The notes under the pieces are model-generated. The model worked only from the letters and a program-made list of their open reading frames with translations, made no database searches and had not been told where the DNA came from. Shown in pieces: positions 53,039 through 64,000 of a DNA stretch of 64,000 nucleotides. The DNA is from an uncultured delta proteobacterium (GTDB lineage: Bacteria; Desulfobacterota; Desulfuromonadia; Geobacterales; Pseudopelobacteraceae), in the NCBI GenBank assembly GCA_963772835.1, contig CAVYYZ010000024.1, positions 160,001 through 224,000 of the forward strand, in the 5' to 3' direction. The position numbers and the translations under genes were made by a program. Positions within the stretch are counted from its first letter, which is position 1. Each line of letters starts with the position of its first letter.

Positions 53039-54672
53039 ATGCCAAAATCAAGAGAACTTGCCCAAGCCAATCTGGAGAATATTTACCGGATTTTTACCGT
53101 ACCGGAAGCTCCCGACTCAACTCTGGGTCGCGTCGATCAGGCCATTTCCGATGATCTGATGGGCTTTTTGCAGGATCATATCGTTGCCGTAGAGCGCGAC
53201 CTCGATGAAATCGAGGGGGATTTTTCCTACTCCCGCATCCCGGAAGAGCCCACCTACGTTTCGGATTACACGGAATTCCTCAAGGAAAAACTCGTTTCCC
53301 AATCCGTGCATACCGCCTCGCCGGGGTTCATCGGACATATGACCTCAGCCCTCCCCTACTTCATGCTCCCACTCTCCCGGATTCTGACCGCCCTTAACCA
53401 GAATCTGGTCAAGGTGGAAACCTCGCGCGCCTTTACGCCCATGGAGCGGCAGGTGCTGGCCATGATCCATCGCCTGATCTACAACGGCAGCGACGATTTT
53501 TACAGCCAGTGGATTCAGAACAGCAACTACTCACTGGGTGCCTTCTGCTCCGGAGGCACCATCGCCAACGTCACCGCTCTCTGGGCGGCTCGCAACCGCC
53601 TCTGCGGACCCTCGGGCGATTTCAAGGGGATCTCGCGGGAAGGCCTGCGTCAAGGCGCTTGCAGCATCTGGACTGCCAGGGTCTGGCCGTTCTGGTATCC
53701 CGCCGCGGCCATTATTCCCTGGGCAAAGCCGCCGACCTGCTGGGCATCGGACGGGATAATCTCGTCGCGGTGGAGACGGACGACAACAACCGCATCGACA
53801 TGAAGCGGCTTCGGGAACACTGTTCGCGGCTGAAAGGCGAGGGGATCCGTCCGCTCTGAGCCTGATCGGCATCGCCGGCACCACCGAAACGGGCAACGTC
53901 GATCCCCTGGAGGCGCTGGCCGATCTGGCCGCTGAGCTGGGGTGTCACTTCCATGTGGATGCCGCCTGGGGCGGGCCGACCCTGTTTTCCGATACCTACC
54001 GGGGATTGCTGCGCGGCATCGAACGGGCCGACTCGGTGACCATCGACGCCCACAAGCAGCTCTATGTGCCTATGGGTGCCGGCATGGTACTGTTCAAGGA
54101 CCCCACCACCCTCTCCTCCATCGAACACCACGCCGCCTACATCATCCGCCGGGGTTCACGGGATCTGGGGAGCCGCACCCTCGAGGGGTCGCGACCCGGC
54201 ATGGCCATGCTGGTGCACGCCGGCCTCTCCATCATCGGCCGCAAGGGGTATGAACTGCTCATCGATCAGGGGATCGAGCGCGCCCGCCGCTTCGCCCGGC
54301 GCATCGACGCCCATCCCGACTTCGAACTGGTATCCGAGCCTGAGCTTAATATTCTCACCTACCGCTACATCCCGGCCTGGGTGCAACAGACCCTGGCCCA
54401 GGCTCCGGCGGAGCGGGCGGCTCGCATCAACGAACTGCTCGACAAAATCATTGAAACCATGCAGAAACGCCAGCGCGAAGCCGGAAAAACCTTCGTCTCC
54501 CGCACCAGCCTCGCCCCGGGCCGCTACAACGGCAACACCATTACCGTCTTCCGCGTGGTTATGGCCAACCCCCTGACCACTGAACAGATACTTGCCAACG
54601 TGCTCGACCGAGCAATGCGAGATCGCCGCCCAGACGGACATCCAGGCCGTGCTGGAGCAGATCAAGGGATAG
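53039..54672 (+). CDS. panP: PLP-dependent aspartate 1-decarboxylase (group II decarboxylase); frameshifts near 53650, 53857 and 54608
   Basis: LYRIFTVPEAPDSTL-type N-terminus, FIGHMTSALP, NQNLVKVETS, FCSGGTIAN; HYSLGKAADLLGIG; IAGTTETGNVDPL; HVDAAWGG; DAHKQ PLP-Lys; LEGSRPG; FVSRT. Pieces lie in different frames. Confidence 0.85.
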
Positions 54673-54873
54673 GCCCGTCAATGTTGAGTTCTGAAATTTC
54701 TGTCGGGTATCTGTCTGGCCCTGGGCCGCGTTTCGGGGTGTCCCGAAGAATGCATTCATAACGGGATATTTCCGGTGAACCCCGGTAAAAAGGGCGGTAA
54801 CAGATGCTGCAGTCCCTAAAACCTGGACTTCGGAAGATTCATTAAACGCTTTCAACGGCCGCAAGAGGATCTT

Positions 54874-57800
54874 ATGACCCGTCGGAAAAAAATATCCCTG
54901 ATTACCGCCGGCACTGTCACCGTACTGCTTTTGTTCGCCACCTTCATCCTGCCGCTGATCGTCCGGAGTCAGGCGGTCAAGGCCATTGAAGCGGAGACCG
55001 GCCGGAAAGCCCGCATCGAAAAAGTAGTCATCAACCCTCTCACTCTGACAATTACCGTTACCGGTCTCGCCATCGACGCACAGGACGGGACACCGTTTAT
55101 CTCCATTGCGAAGCTGCGGACGTCCCTGGGACTGGCATCTGTCTACCGCCGCGCGCTGATCCTGTCGGAGATCTCCATTGACTCCCCTTCCGTGACGTTT
55201 GCCCGTCTGGGAACCAATACCTACAGCTTTAACGACATCATTGAGCTGCAGAAGGCAAAGCCCGCGCCGGCGGAAAAGTCAAAAGGGGAATTCCGCTTTT
55301 CCGTCAACAGCATCTCCCTGACGAACGGTTCGCTGGATTTCGATGACCAGGCCGTCAGAGGGGGAAGGAAACATACGATACGGGAGCTGAAGATCGCGCT
55401 CCCCTTTATCAGCAACATCCCCTATCTGGTTGAAAAATACACGGATCCTCATATCTCCGCCATTGTTAACGGCGCACCGTTCAGCTTCAACGGCAAGTTC
55501 AAGCCGCTCAGCAAATCCATGGAAACCTCCGTACATATTGACCTGAAACAGTTCAGTCTGCCGAAGTATGTCGCCTATTATCCGGTCGCGCCGCCGGCTG
55601 ACCTGATATCGGGACGGTTAACCGTCGCTGCCGATGTCACCTACCGCGTTTCCACGGATAAAAAACCGGAGCTTGGCGTCACGGGAGAGATGATCCTGGA
55701 CGGGATCGCTGTGGATTTGAAGGGTGGGCAACCGCTTGTCAGACTCCCTCGACTCAAGGTGCAGGCGTCTGATATGGAGGTGTTTGCCCGGCGTTTTCTT
55801 TTTAACGAAATCTCTGTCGATGGTCTGGAACTGTTTGTAAGCCGCACCCATAACGGTGAATGGATGTACGACCGGCTGCTGCCGCATCAACAGGAGTCGG
55901 GAAAGAAGAAGGCGGAAACGGTCCCCGCTCCCGCCGCAGTGAAGGAAGAGAAGCCGCTCCTGCTGCAGGTGTGCCGCGTTCTCCATCAATGACGGCACGG
56001 TTCATTTCAGCGACGCCCGGCCATCCGGCGGCTTCAAAACCGAGATCAGCCAGATAGATGCCACTGTAAAAAATTTCACGACCGCTGTCGACAAGAGCGC
56101 CGCGTATGAACTGTCGATGATGCTGGATGACGAGGCGACCCTCAGCGCCGACGGGTCGTTCTCGCTCACCCCCCTGAAAGCAACCGTCTCCAGTGAGCTG
56201 AGCGGCCTGAAGATACAGCGCGGCTGGCCCTATCTCTCGAGTTTCCTGACCTCACCGCTCAAGGGGACCGTCGATTTCTCCTCGGAATCGACCTACAGCA
56301 CGGAGAATGGTCTGGTCGTTGAGCAGGGGAAACTGCTGGTCAGTGGTCTGTCTGCCCGGTATGGTGACAAAGAGGGGTTTGATCTTTCACGTCTCGAGAT
56401 CAGCAACGCAGGGTACAGCCAGAAAACACACGCCGTCGATGTCGGTGAAATGCGGCTCACAAAGGGCTCTCTGTCCCTCTCCCGCGAGGCGGACGGCACA
56501 ATCTCTCTCCTGTCGCTGGTCCGGAAGCCGCAGGCTGCAGCCGCTCGCGCTCCCGCTCCCCCCAAATCGACTGGCCTCGCCGAATCGAAACGGAACCCGC
56601 CCGCAACGGAGCTCTCGCTCCGGCTCAGGAACTTTGTGGTCGACCGGTTCGATACCTCGTTCACCGACAAAACGCTCCGCGAAAAGCCGAACTTTACCCT
56701 GACAAAGACATCGTTACGTCTGTCGGATCTTGCCTGGCCCCGGTTCAAACCCTCGCCACTCCGGTTCTCCTCAACGTTCGACAAGGCTACACCGCTCACG
56801 GCGAACGGCACCATCACGCCGCTCCCGCTCCGTTACAAAGGAAGCCTGACGGTCGGACATCTGCCGCTGCGTGATTTCGAGGCGTATTTCCCGTCCAATA
56901 TCAATGTCTTTATCCTCGGCGGGCATGCCGATACGAACATGAATGTGGACATCTCCCTCAAGGATGGAAAACCGTACGGCAGTTTCAAGGGGAACGCCGG
57001 CATTCGCGGATTCCACTCCGTGGATACCGTGGCAGAAGAGGATCTGCTCAAATGGGAGAGCCTGCAGCTTGACGATATCCAGGGGACCCTGGAGCCGTTC
57101 AGTCTGAACCTGCGTGAGGTCGCACTCAACGGCGTGTATTCACGGATCATCGTGCGCAAGGATGGTACGCTGAACCTGCAGAATCTGGTCGAAAAGTCGA
57201 AGGAAGGGTCAGGCGGCATGCGGGTGGCGGCAGGGACGATACTCCCGGCAGACGGATCTGCAGGGAAGGGTGTGCGTGAAAAAACAACCGCTCCGCAACC
57301 GCCGCCTCAGGTGCCCGTAGCCCCGCAGCCGAGGAATATTACCATCGGTGCGGTCACGGTTCAGGACGGCACCATCGCCTTCACCGACAATCACCTGCCG
57401 CAGCATTTCGCGACCACCTTCTATAACCTGGGGGGGAGGGTCAGCGGCCTCAGTTCCGAAGAGTCCAAGTTTGCCGATGTGGACCTGCGCGGCAACCTGG
57501 AAAACCACTCGCCGCTCCGGATAACCGGGCAGATCAATCCGCTTCGGGAGGATCTGTTCGTGAACCTCAAGATGTCGTTCCGCGATATCGAGCTTTCGCC
57601 GATCACCCCGTACACCGGTGCATTCCTCGGTTACACGGTCGAAAAGGGGAAACTCTTTCTCGACCTTACCTACCATATCGACAAGAAACAGCTCAATTCA
57701 GAAAACAAGGTGTTCATCGACCAGTTTACCTTTGGCCGGAAAGTGGAGAGCGACACGGCGACCACTCTGCCGGTCAAACTCGGCCTGGCTCTGCTCAAGG

Positions 57801-58537
57801 ATCGCAACGGGGAAATCCATCTGGATCTGCCGGTCACCGGCCGGACCGATGATCCCAAATTCAGTGTCTTCGGGGTGATCTGGCAGGTGGTGAAAAATGT
57901 ACTTGTCAAGGCAGCCACTTCTCCCTTTGCACTGCTTTCCTCCATGTTCGGCGGCGGCCAGGATCTGAGTGTCATCCAGTTTAACTTCGGGCTGAGTGCA
58001 ATTCCCCCCGGAGAGGAACAGAAGTTGAATGCGCTTGCCAAAGCCCTCCTGGATCGGCCCGCTTTAAAGGTTGAATTGAAGGGGTATGTTGACCGGGAGA
58101 AAGATAGTGAGGCGTACCGCAACGAGCTGTTGTTACGAAAGCTGAAGAACGAGAAGTTCCTTGCTCTGGCCAAGGGGGGTGAACGTAAGGAAGGTGCAAA
58201 AGTTGAGGATGTCCAGCTGCTTCCGGAGGAATATACGAAATATCTGACTGCGGTGTATAAAAAAGAAAAATTCCCGAAACCGCGCAACGTACTCGGCCTG
58301 GCAAAAGACCTGCCGGCCGGGGAGATGAAAAAGCTGATTATAACCAACACCGTTGTCGGCGTCACAGAACTCACGACGCTTGCTCAGGAGCGTGTTGTGG
58401 CGGTGAAGAACTTCCTGATTGCAAATGGGAATATTCCTGCAGAGCGCGTATTCCAGGAAAATGAAAATATATTCAAGGCCCCCGAGAAGGAAACTGTTTC
58501 CCGCAGCAGGGTCGAACTGGGTGCAATCGCCCCGTGA
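54874..58537 (+). CDS. DUF748 repeat protein with C-terminal OmpA-like region; frameshift near 55970
   Basis: N-terminal TM, repeated beta segments, LALLKDRNGEIHLDLPVTG..DDPKFS, KAATSPFALL, RPALKVELKG. The two track ORFs join through ...LLQV|AAFSINDGTVHFSD... Confidence 0.85.
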
Positions 58538-58613
58538 CAGCTGATTCAGCTGGCGTGAAATATAACGGGGCGGTATCTGCGTGATTTTTAAATGTTCTGT
58601 AAAAGGAGAAAAA

Positions 58614-59351
58614 ATGAAACGTGTTTTTTGGCTGCCCGCGCTTTTGCTGGCACTGTTTGCCGCCTTTCCCGCATCGTCATGCCGAGCCGGGTTTATGGGT
58701 AAGATGTTCAGGGATCTGGGCCTGTCCGGCACTCCAACCGGCGGCCTCGATGATGCGACCATCGTCAAAGGGCTGAAAGAGGCACTCTCCACCGGCACCG
58801 CAAAAGCCGTCACGTCTGTATCAAGGCAGGATGGCTACTTCGGCAACCAGACGATCAAGATCATCATGCCGGAGAAACTCCGCAGCACTGCAGACCTGAT
58901 CAGCAAGTTTGGCTTCCGGAAGGAGGTGGATGACGTTATCCTCGGCATGAACCGTGCCGCCGAGAAGGCTGCCCCCAAGGCGATGGATTATTTCCTGTCG
59001 GCACTTAAAACCATGACGTTTGATGATGCCCGCAAAATCCTGAAGGGTGACAATACCTCCGCCACGGAATATTTCCGTCAGAAGACCAGCGGAGATATCT
59101 ATACGGCTTTCAAGCCGGTCGTTTCGTCAAGCCTCCAGGATGTGGGGGCGGTGAAGAGTTACTCGCAGATGTTAAAGCGATTACACACCATCCCCTTTGC
59201 CGGAAGCGTGGCTGACTTCGACCTGGATCATTATGTTACAGAGAAGGCTGTCGAAGGCCTGTTCAAGATGCTCGGAGAGGAAGAGGCAAAGATCAGAACC
59301 GACCCTGCCGCACGCGGAACCGAGTTGTTGCGGAAGGTGTTCGGAAAATAG
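58614..59351 (+). CDS. DUF4197 family exported protein
   Basis: AGGAG RBS, signal peptide, GLKEALSTG, DGYFGN, MNRAAEKA, SATEYF, GLFKMLGEEEAKIRTDP.ARGTELLRKVF. Confidence 0.9.
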   Translation: MKRVFWLPALLLALFAAFPASSCRAGFMGKMFRDLGLSGTPTGGLDDATIVKGLKEALSTGTAKAVTSVSRQDGYFGNQTIKIIMPEKLRSTADLISKFGFRKEVDDVILGMNRAAEKAAPKAMDYFLSALKTMTFDDARKILKGDNTSATEYFRQKTSGDIYTAFKPVVSSSLQDVGAVKSYSQMLKRLHTIPFAGSVADFDLDHYVTEKAVEGLFKMLGEEEAKIRTDPAARGTELLRKVFGK

Positions 59352-59373
59352 ACAGGTACACAGGGAGGCAACC

Positions 59374-59799
59374 GTGACCAACAACAGTGCATATCCGGAA
59401 GGTGAACTACTTCTCCGTACCTCGCCGATGTCAAGTGACACAAACGCGAACGGCGATATATTCGGAGGTTGGATCATGTCGCAAATGGACATCGCCGGCG
59501 GCATGATGGCTATCGAAATCAGCCGTGGTCGAACGGTTACCATTGCGGTGGATGCCATGAAATTCATCAAGCCGGTAAAAGTCGGAGATGTTGTCTGCTG
59601 CTACGGTACCGTTACGAAAATCGGAAACACATCCATCACCATCAAGCTGGAGGTCTGGGTAAAGCAGGGATTTCGGGAAATTAACTCCAGTGAAGAAATT
59701 TCCTTCTCCAAGGTTACGGAAGCATCATACACGTATGTCGCTGTTGATCAAGAGGGGCGGAAACGGCCGATTCCGAAAGTCGAAACGTCTGTCCCCTGA
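59374..59799 (+). CDS. yciA: Acyl-CoA thioesterase (hotdog fold)
   Basis: GGAGG RBS plus GTG; P.GELLLRT..M..DTNANGDIFGGWIMSQMD, F.KPVKVGDVVCCY. Confidence 0.9.
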   Translation: MTNNSAYPEGELLLRTSPMSSDTNANGDIFGGWIMSQMDIAGGMMAIEISRGRTVTIAVDAMKFIKPVKVGDVVCCYGTVTKIGNTSITIKLEVWVKQGFREINSSEEISFSKVTEASYTYVAVDQEGRKRPIPKVETSVP

Positions 59800-59850
59800 C
59801 CTATTTCGGTTCGGTTGCCCGCCTCCCTCGGGCGTGCATTGAAATGGGGC

Positions 59851-59878
59851 TTGACAATGGTCGTGGTTTTGTTAGAAA
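59851..59878 (+). promoter_or_regulatory. Possible sigma70 promoter of the sia operon
   Basis: TTGACA-16 nt-TAGAAA, about 235 nt upstream of siaA. Confidence 0.35.
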
Positions 59879-60115
59879 TATCCTATGTTCTGTGTCAAGA
59901 CGTTTGCCGCCCACACCAAAAAGTTGTCGTGCGAGAAAATCGATATTGAAGACGCAGCAGTTGTTACTGTCAGAATTGATGCAATTCCCGTAATTTCATT
60001 CCGGACTGATACGTTCGTACGTTTACCCGCCACCTTTTTAAGTATCACGGCCCTGGTGTTGAGATAGTGTAACTACACAGTCGTTTCGCGTTTAGCGGAC
60101 ATCCGGACAGCTGCC

Positions 60116-62092
60116 ATGCCTTTGCATAGTCTCAAATCGAAAATAATTGCTGTCATTGTGCTCATCAGTCTGGTGGTTGGCCTTCTGTCCACGTTTGCCT
60201 TTAACTCGAGTACCGGGCGCATAATTAATGATCTGGCCCTGCGTTTCGGCACCAAAGAGGCGCTGCTGCAGAAGAACAAGATTCTCTCTGTCATCGACCG
60301 CGAGGTAGTGCTGGCCCAAAAAATGGCCGATGATATTACCATCAGGAGATGGGCTGCCAATGAAGATAACCGGGAATTCAGGCAACCGGCTTTGGAGGAG
60401 TTGGAAAGTTACCGCAGGTTGTTCCGGGACAAAAGCTTTTTCATTGCCCTGGCAGGATCGAATCATTATTACGTCTACAACAAGGGGAAAGGGCACGAAA
60501 AGGTAGAAATGGTTACGCTGGATGCCGCCAAACCTGATGACAGGTGGTTCTTCGAGGGGCTGCACACCATTGACGGCTATGCCTTGAATCTTGACTATAA
60601 CCCGACCCTGCAGGAAGCGAAAGTCTGGTTCAATGCGGTCATGAAGGGAGCCCGGGGAGAGACCATCGGCATCTGCGGCGGAGGCATCACAGTAAGCGAT
60701 TTTCTTAATGAAATAGTGTACACCAAGAAAAAAGGGCTGTCGACCATACTCATTGACCGTGCCGGGGTGATCCAGGCTCATGAAGACCGCTCGATAGTAG
60801 AGCACAATGCCAATACCCGTGACGCCGCAAAAAAAATAACCATCTTCGCCCTTATTGACGATCCGGCCAGACAGGAACAGCTGCGTGAGGCAATTAAAAC
60901 CCTTGTTTCAGGCAAAAGTGAAGTAGAGACATTCCCCGTCAGTTCCGGAGGGAAGAGCTATCTACTGGCGCTCTCCTATTTACAGGGGATGGGATGGTTC
61001 AACGTGGTGCTGGTTGATGTCTCACGTGTCATCAGCATGAGGGAGTTTTTGCCAATTGTCGCCATCATGTCTCTGGCATTGCTGCTTGCCATCATCATGA
61101 TAGGACTGCTTATAAACCGGATGGTGCTTGCTCCGCTTGCCATGCTTTCACACGCATCCCGTCTGGTTGCCGCCGGGCAATACGACATAGCCCTGCCGGT
61201 CGCCGGTAACGATGAGCTGGGCGATTTGACTGATTCGTTCAATGGCATGACGGCGATGATTTCCGATCATACCAATAATCTCGAAGCAAAAGTCCGGGAG
61301 CGGACTGATGCACTTTCTGCGGCAAATCGGCAGCTGGAGGATTCTCAACAGAGGATCACGGACAGTATCAGCTATGCCCGTATGATCCAGTCTTCGATCC
61401 TTCCTGACCGAGAGGCTCTGGAGCGCAGTCTCGGGGAGCATTTTGTCCTGTATCGCCCCAAGGAGCCGGTGGGAGGTGACTTCTACTATCTGCGGGAGTT
61501 CTCCGGCCATTTCCTGGTGGCGGTTATTGATTGTACCGGACACGGTATCCCCGGTGCGTTCATGACCATGACAGTCAATTCAGTGCTGAACCATGTTGTG
61601 GATGTGCTCTGTAATGACGACCCGTCCCGCATTCTCTCCGAACTCAACCGGGTAATGCGCAGCACCCTGCATCTTCGGGATGTGGATGCCGGACTCGATA
61701 TATCCGTCTGTCTGGTTGACCGGAACGCACAACGCCTGGTGTACGCCGGGGCAGGACTCAACCTCTATGTGGCGGAGAAAGGGGTGAAAGAGGTGCGCTG
61801 CAACCACCAGCGGGTAGGGTACAAAGGGTCGCGATTGGATTACCACTATGCAAACCACGAACTTTATCTCGCCGCAGGAGCGTGCTGTTATCTTACTACC
61901 GACGGACTTCTCGATGAACCGGGAGGGGATAAGGGGTTCGGCTTTGGAACCGAGCGGTTCAAGGCGATGCTGGCAGACCACGCACATCTTGCAATGCACT
62001 CTCAGCAGCATGAGATTGAACGCGTACTCGGCGACTACCGGGGGGGCAACCGCCAACGCGATGACATGACTCTGATTGGATTCCGCTTCTAA
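60116..62092 (+). CDS. siaA: SiaA-like membrane sensor phosphatase (Cache-HAMP-SpoIIE/PP2C)
   Basis: IDREVVLAQKMAD, KVWFNAVM, HAMP (GNDELGDLTDSFNGM), DSISYARMIQ, VGGDFY, DCTGHGIPGAFMT, TTDG..D, QRDDMT. Confidence 0.88.
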   Translation: MPLHSLKSKIIAVIVLISLVVGLLSTFAFNSSTGRIINDLALRFGTKEALLQKNKILSVIDREVVLAQKMADDITIRRWAANEDNREFRQPALEELESYRRLFRDKSFFIALAGSNHYYVYNKGKGHEKVEMVTLDAAKPDDRWFFEGLHTIDGYALNLDYNPTLQEAKVWFNAVMKGARGETIGICGGGITVSDFLNEIVYTKKKGLSTILIDRAGVIQAHEDRSIVEHNANTRDAAKKITIFALIDDPARQEQLREAIKTLVSGKSEVETFPVSSGGKSYLLALSYLQGMGWFNVVLVDVSRVISMREFLPIVAIMSLALLLAIIMIGLLINRMVLAPLAMLSHASRLVAAGQYDIALPVAGNDELGDLTDSFNGMTAMISDHTNNLEAKVRERTDALSAANRQLEDSQQRITDSISYARMIQSSILPDREALERSLGEHFVLYRPKEPVGGDFYYLREFSGHFLVAVIDCTGHGIPGAFMTMTVNSVLNHVVDVLCNDDPSRILSELNRVMRSTLHLRDVDAGLDISVCLVDRNAQRLVYAGAGLNLYVAEKGVKEVRCNHQRVGYKGSRLDYHYANHELYLAAGACCYLTTDGLLDEPGGDKGFGFGTERFKAMLADHAHLAMHSQQHEIERVLGDYRGGNRQRDDMTLIGFRF

Positions 62093-62138
62093 AAGGTGTT
62101 TTCAGAAGCTACACGCTCACTACAATTCAAAGGAGAAA

Positions 62139-62672
62139 ATGATGGACCTCTTTCAACTCAGAGAGCAGTTTTCGAAAGAAGGTATCATGATGTGTTTCAA
62201 CGGCCCCTTCTCCCACAGCATCATAGAGGAGATCGGTATTGCCATCAGAAACCATCTGGGCGCCGAGAATATTGCTCCCATGGCGGTTCTGGATGTATTT
62301 GCCGTCTACATAGAGATGACCCAGAACGCTCGGAATTATCTCGCAGCGCACAATATACCCGCCGTTGACGCCGGTTCAGCTACCATCGTGATTGCCAGGA
62401 GTGGCGAAGTCTACTCCGTCACCTGCGGAAATGTAATACTGATGACCTGTGTTGCAGAGCTGAGAAACAGGATCGACCACATCAATTCACTAAAACCTGA
62501 TGAACTGAAAAAGCTGATACGGCAGCAGTTGCGTTGCGATATCCCACCCGGGGCAACCGGTGCCGGTACCGGTTTGATGGAGATGGCCAAACGGTCGTCC
62601 GGCCGTCTGGAGTACACCATCCGTGACGTCAACGGGCAGTATGCATTTTTTACACTTACCGTGCAGTTATAG
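62139..62672 (+). CDS. siaB: SiaB family protein kinase
   Basis: CFNGPFSHSIIEEIG, DVFAVYIEMTQN, GAGTGLMEMAKRS; operon position. Confidence 0.88.
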   Translation: MMDLFQLREQFSKEGIMMCFNGPFSHSIIEEIGIAIRNHLGAENIAPMAVLDVFAVYIEMTQNARNYLAAHNIPAVDAGSATIVIARSGEVYSVTCGNVILMTCVAELRNRIDHINSLKPDELKKLIRQQLRCDIPPGATGAGTGLMEMAKRSSGRLEYTIRDVNGQYAFFTLTVQL

Positions 62673-62682
62673 GGGGAGCAGC

Positions 62683-63063
62683 ATGCGATATTTCGAGACC
62701 ATACCGCCAACAGTATCCACGCCTCAGGTCAAGTATGATTCTGCTGAGCGGAAACTGCTGATTACGGGTGATTCGTACCCGGAAAACTCTTTCGAGTTTT
62801 ATGCTCCGATTACCCGGTGGGTTAAGGATTCTCTCGCTGACGGAGACGGCCTTAACATCGACATCAATGTCAGTTATATGAACAGCAGCAGCACCAAGTG
62901 CATGCTCGATCTGCTCGACCTGTTGGAAGATGCTTACGTGAGAGGAGTCATGGTGTCGATATTATGGCGCTATGACAAAGACAATCCCCGTTCACTCGAC
63001 CTGGCGGAGGAGTTCAGGGAAGAGCTTACATTCCCTTTTACAATTGACGCTGTCAACGGTTGA
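62683..63063 (+). CDS. siaC: SiaC (DUF1987) phosphoprotein
   Basis: TPQV, GDSYPENSFEFY, YMNSSSTK, WRYD..N....LAEEFREEL.FPF. Confidence 0.9.
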   Translation: MRYFETIPPTVSTPQVKYDSAERKLLITGDSYPENSFEFYAPITRWVKDSLADGDGLNIDINVSYMNSSSTKCMLDLLDLLEDAYVRGVMVSILWRYDKDNPRSLDLAEEFREELTFPFTIDAVNG

Positions 63064-63070
63064 GGTGCGT

Positions 63071-64000
63071 ATGCCACGAAATAAAACGACTATAGAAGAT
63101 CCGGCGCTGAATCATGCCCTGGGGATTATCGCTGAGGGCGCATCGCAGGATGTTGATATCTTTGCTGAGTATGTTGCACTGGCATCCGGATATAAGAAGC
63201 TGATCCGGAAATTCCAGAAAACGCTCGTTATCAGTGACTCCTATGAAGCGCAGCACCAGGACGTTTCGAAAAAGCTCGAAGAGGTGACGTACAAGTATCG
63301 CCAGTTGAAGGATGTGGCACTTCCAATCTGCATGTACTGTAAAAAAATCCGTTCCGATGACGACTACTGGCAACAACTGGAAGCATTTTTTCTCAAACAC
63401 GCAGATATCATGTTCAGTCATGGTATCTGTCCAGACTGCTTTAAGACGTATTTCAAAAAAATGGGCGAACCACGTAAAAAAGTGCCGGATTCCAATGTAA
63501 TCGGAATCAAGCAGCGGGGCTCACAGAGTGCACGGACACCGGACGAGGATAACGCTCTGAGAGAGATGCGCGCCCGTATTCGTCAATGCGCTTTTGATGG
63601 CAAGCCCCTTTCTCCGGACGTTGAACAATTTGTTGTGAATTATGGAAAGCTCTTGCGCCGGTTCAATAAAACCGTTTCCATCAGTGACAGCTATCAATCA
63701 CAGATGATGGAACTCAATGCACGTTTGGAACTGTTAACTCGAACCGATTTTTTAACCGGGCTTGCCAACCGGTGGGATATGGTGACACGTCTGGAGTTGG
63801 AAAAACACCGCTCGGAGAGATACGGCAAAGTATTTTCGATACTGTTTGCGGATATAGATAGCTTTAAGAGAATTAATGACACCTACAGCCACTCCGTCGG
63901 CGACCAGGTTCTCCGTGCAATCGCCAATACGCTCCGCACGAGTCTCCGCCGTGAAGATGTCTGCAGCAGGTGGGGAGGCGAAGAATTTCTTATCCTGCTG
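63071..64000 (+). CDS. siaD: SiaD-like diguanylate cyclase with internal Cys4 zinc-ribbon (3' end runs off the window)
   Basis: Not in the ORF track because it is open at the edge. Manual translation MPRNKTT...ISDSY...LPICMYCKKIR...FSHGICPDC...ISDSYQ...TDFLTGLANR...FADIDSFKRINDTY...RREDVCSRWGGEEF. Confidence 0.88.
   Translation, partial: MPRNKTTIEDPALNHALGIIAEGASQDVDIFAEYVALASGYKKLIRKFQKTLVISDSYEAQHQDVSKKLEEVTYKYRQLKDVALPICMYCKKIRSDDDYWQQLEAFFLKHADIMFSHGICPDCFKTYFKKMGEPRKKVPDSNVIGIKQRGSQSARTPDEDNALREMRARIRQCAFDGKPLSPDVEQFVVNYGKLLRRFNKTVSISDSYQSQMMELNARLELLTRTDFLTGLANRWDMVTRLELEKHRSERYGKVFSILFADIDSFKRINDTYSHSVGDQVLRAIANTLRTSLRREDVCSRWGGEEFLILL

Overview
Chromosomal window (roughly mid-50s % GC by eye) from a Geobacteraceae/Desulfuromonadia-like deltaproteobacterium. 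The taxon is inferred from the dnaX-ybaB-recR-nifJ order, the IclR-DUF485-actP acetate locus and DUF748/YHS content. It is mostly housekeeping and envelope genes: hppA, a KdpDE-like pair, actP, glgA, tal/fsa, folK, nifJ, recR, dnaX, SRP RNA, tRNA-Ser, nadA, tRNA-Pro, tamAB, mtnP, moeA, nfo, uvrA, panP and yciA. Accessory modules are a DUF2844/DUF3443 pair, a small AT-rich islet at tRNA-Pro (BrnT/BrnA-like TA pair plus an extra IHF/HU), a CHASE2 cyclase-SH3-M48 operon, and a siaABCD operon running off the right edge. Five genes carry about 8 frameshifts, most likely long-read indel errors. Most notable signals: (1) an orphan, N-terminally truncated KdpD/KdpE pair upstream of hppA, with the same tandem KdpE-type box architecture also upstream of two tiny unknown genes; (2) a SiaD with a duplicated N-terminal coiled-coil motif flanking a Cys4 zinc-ribbon; (3) two candidate promoter-plus-terminator sRNAs carrying anti-Shine-Dalgarno motifs; (4) an E. 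coli-like A_AAA_AAG_AGTGA slippery site near the dnaX 3' end; (5) a group IIC intron D5/D6 remnant next to a terminator; (6) a PliI-like/AMIN fusion. All family calls are by motif recognition; no searches were run.
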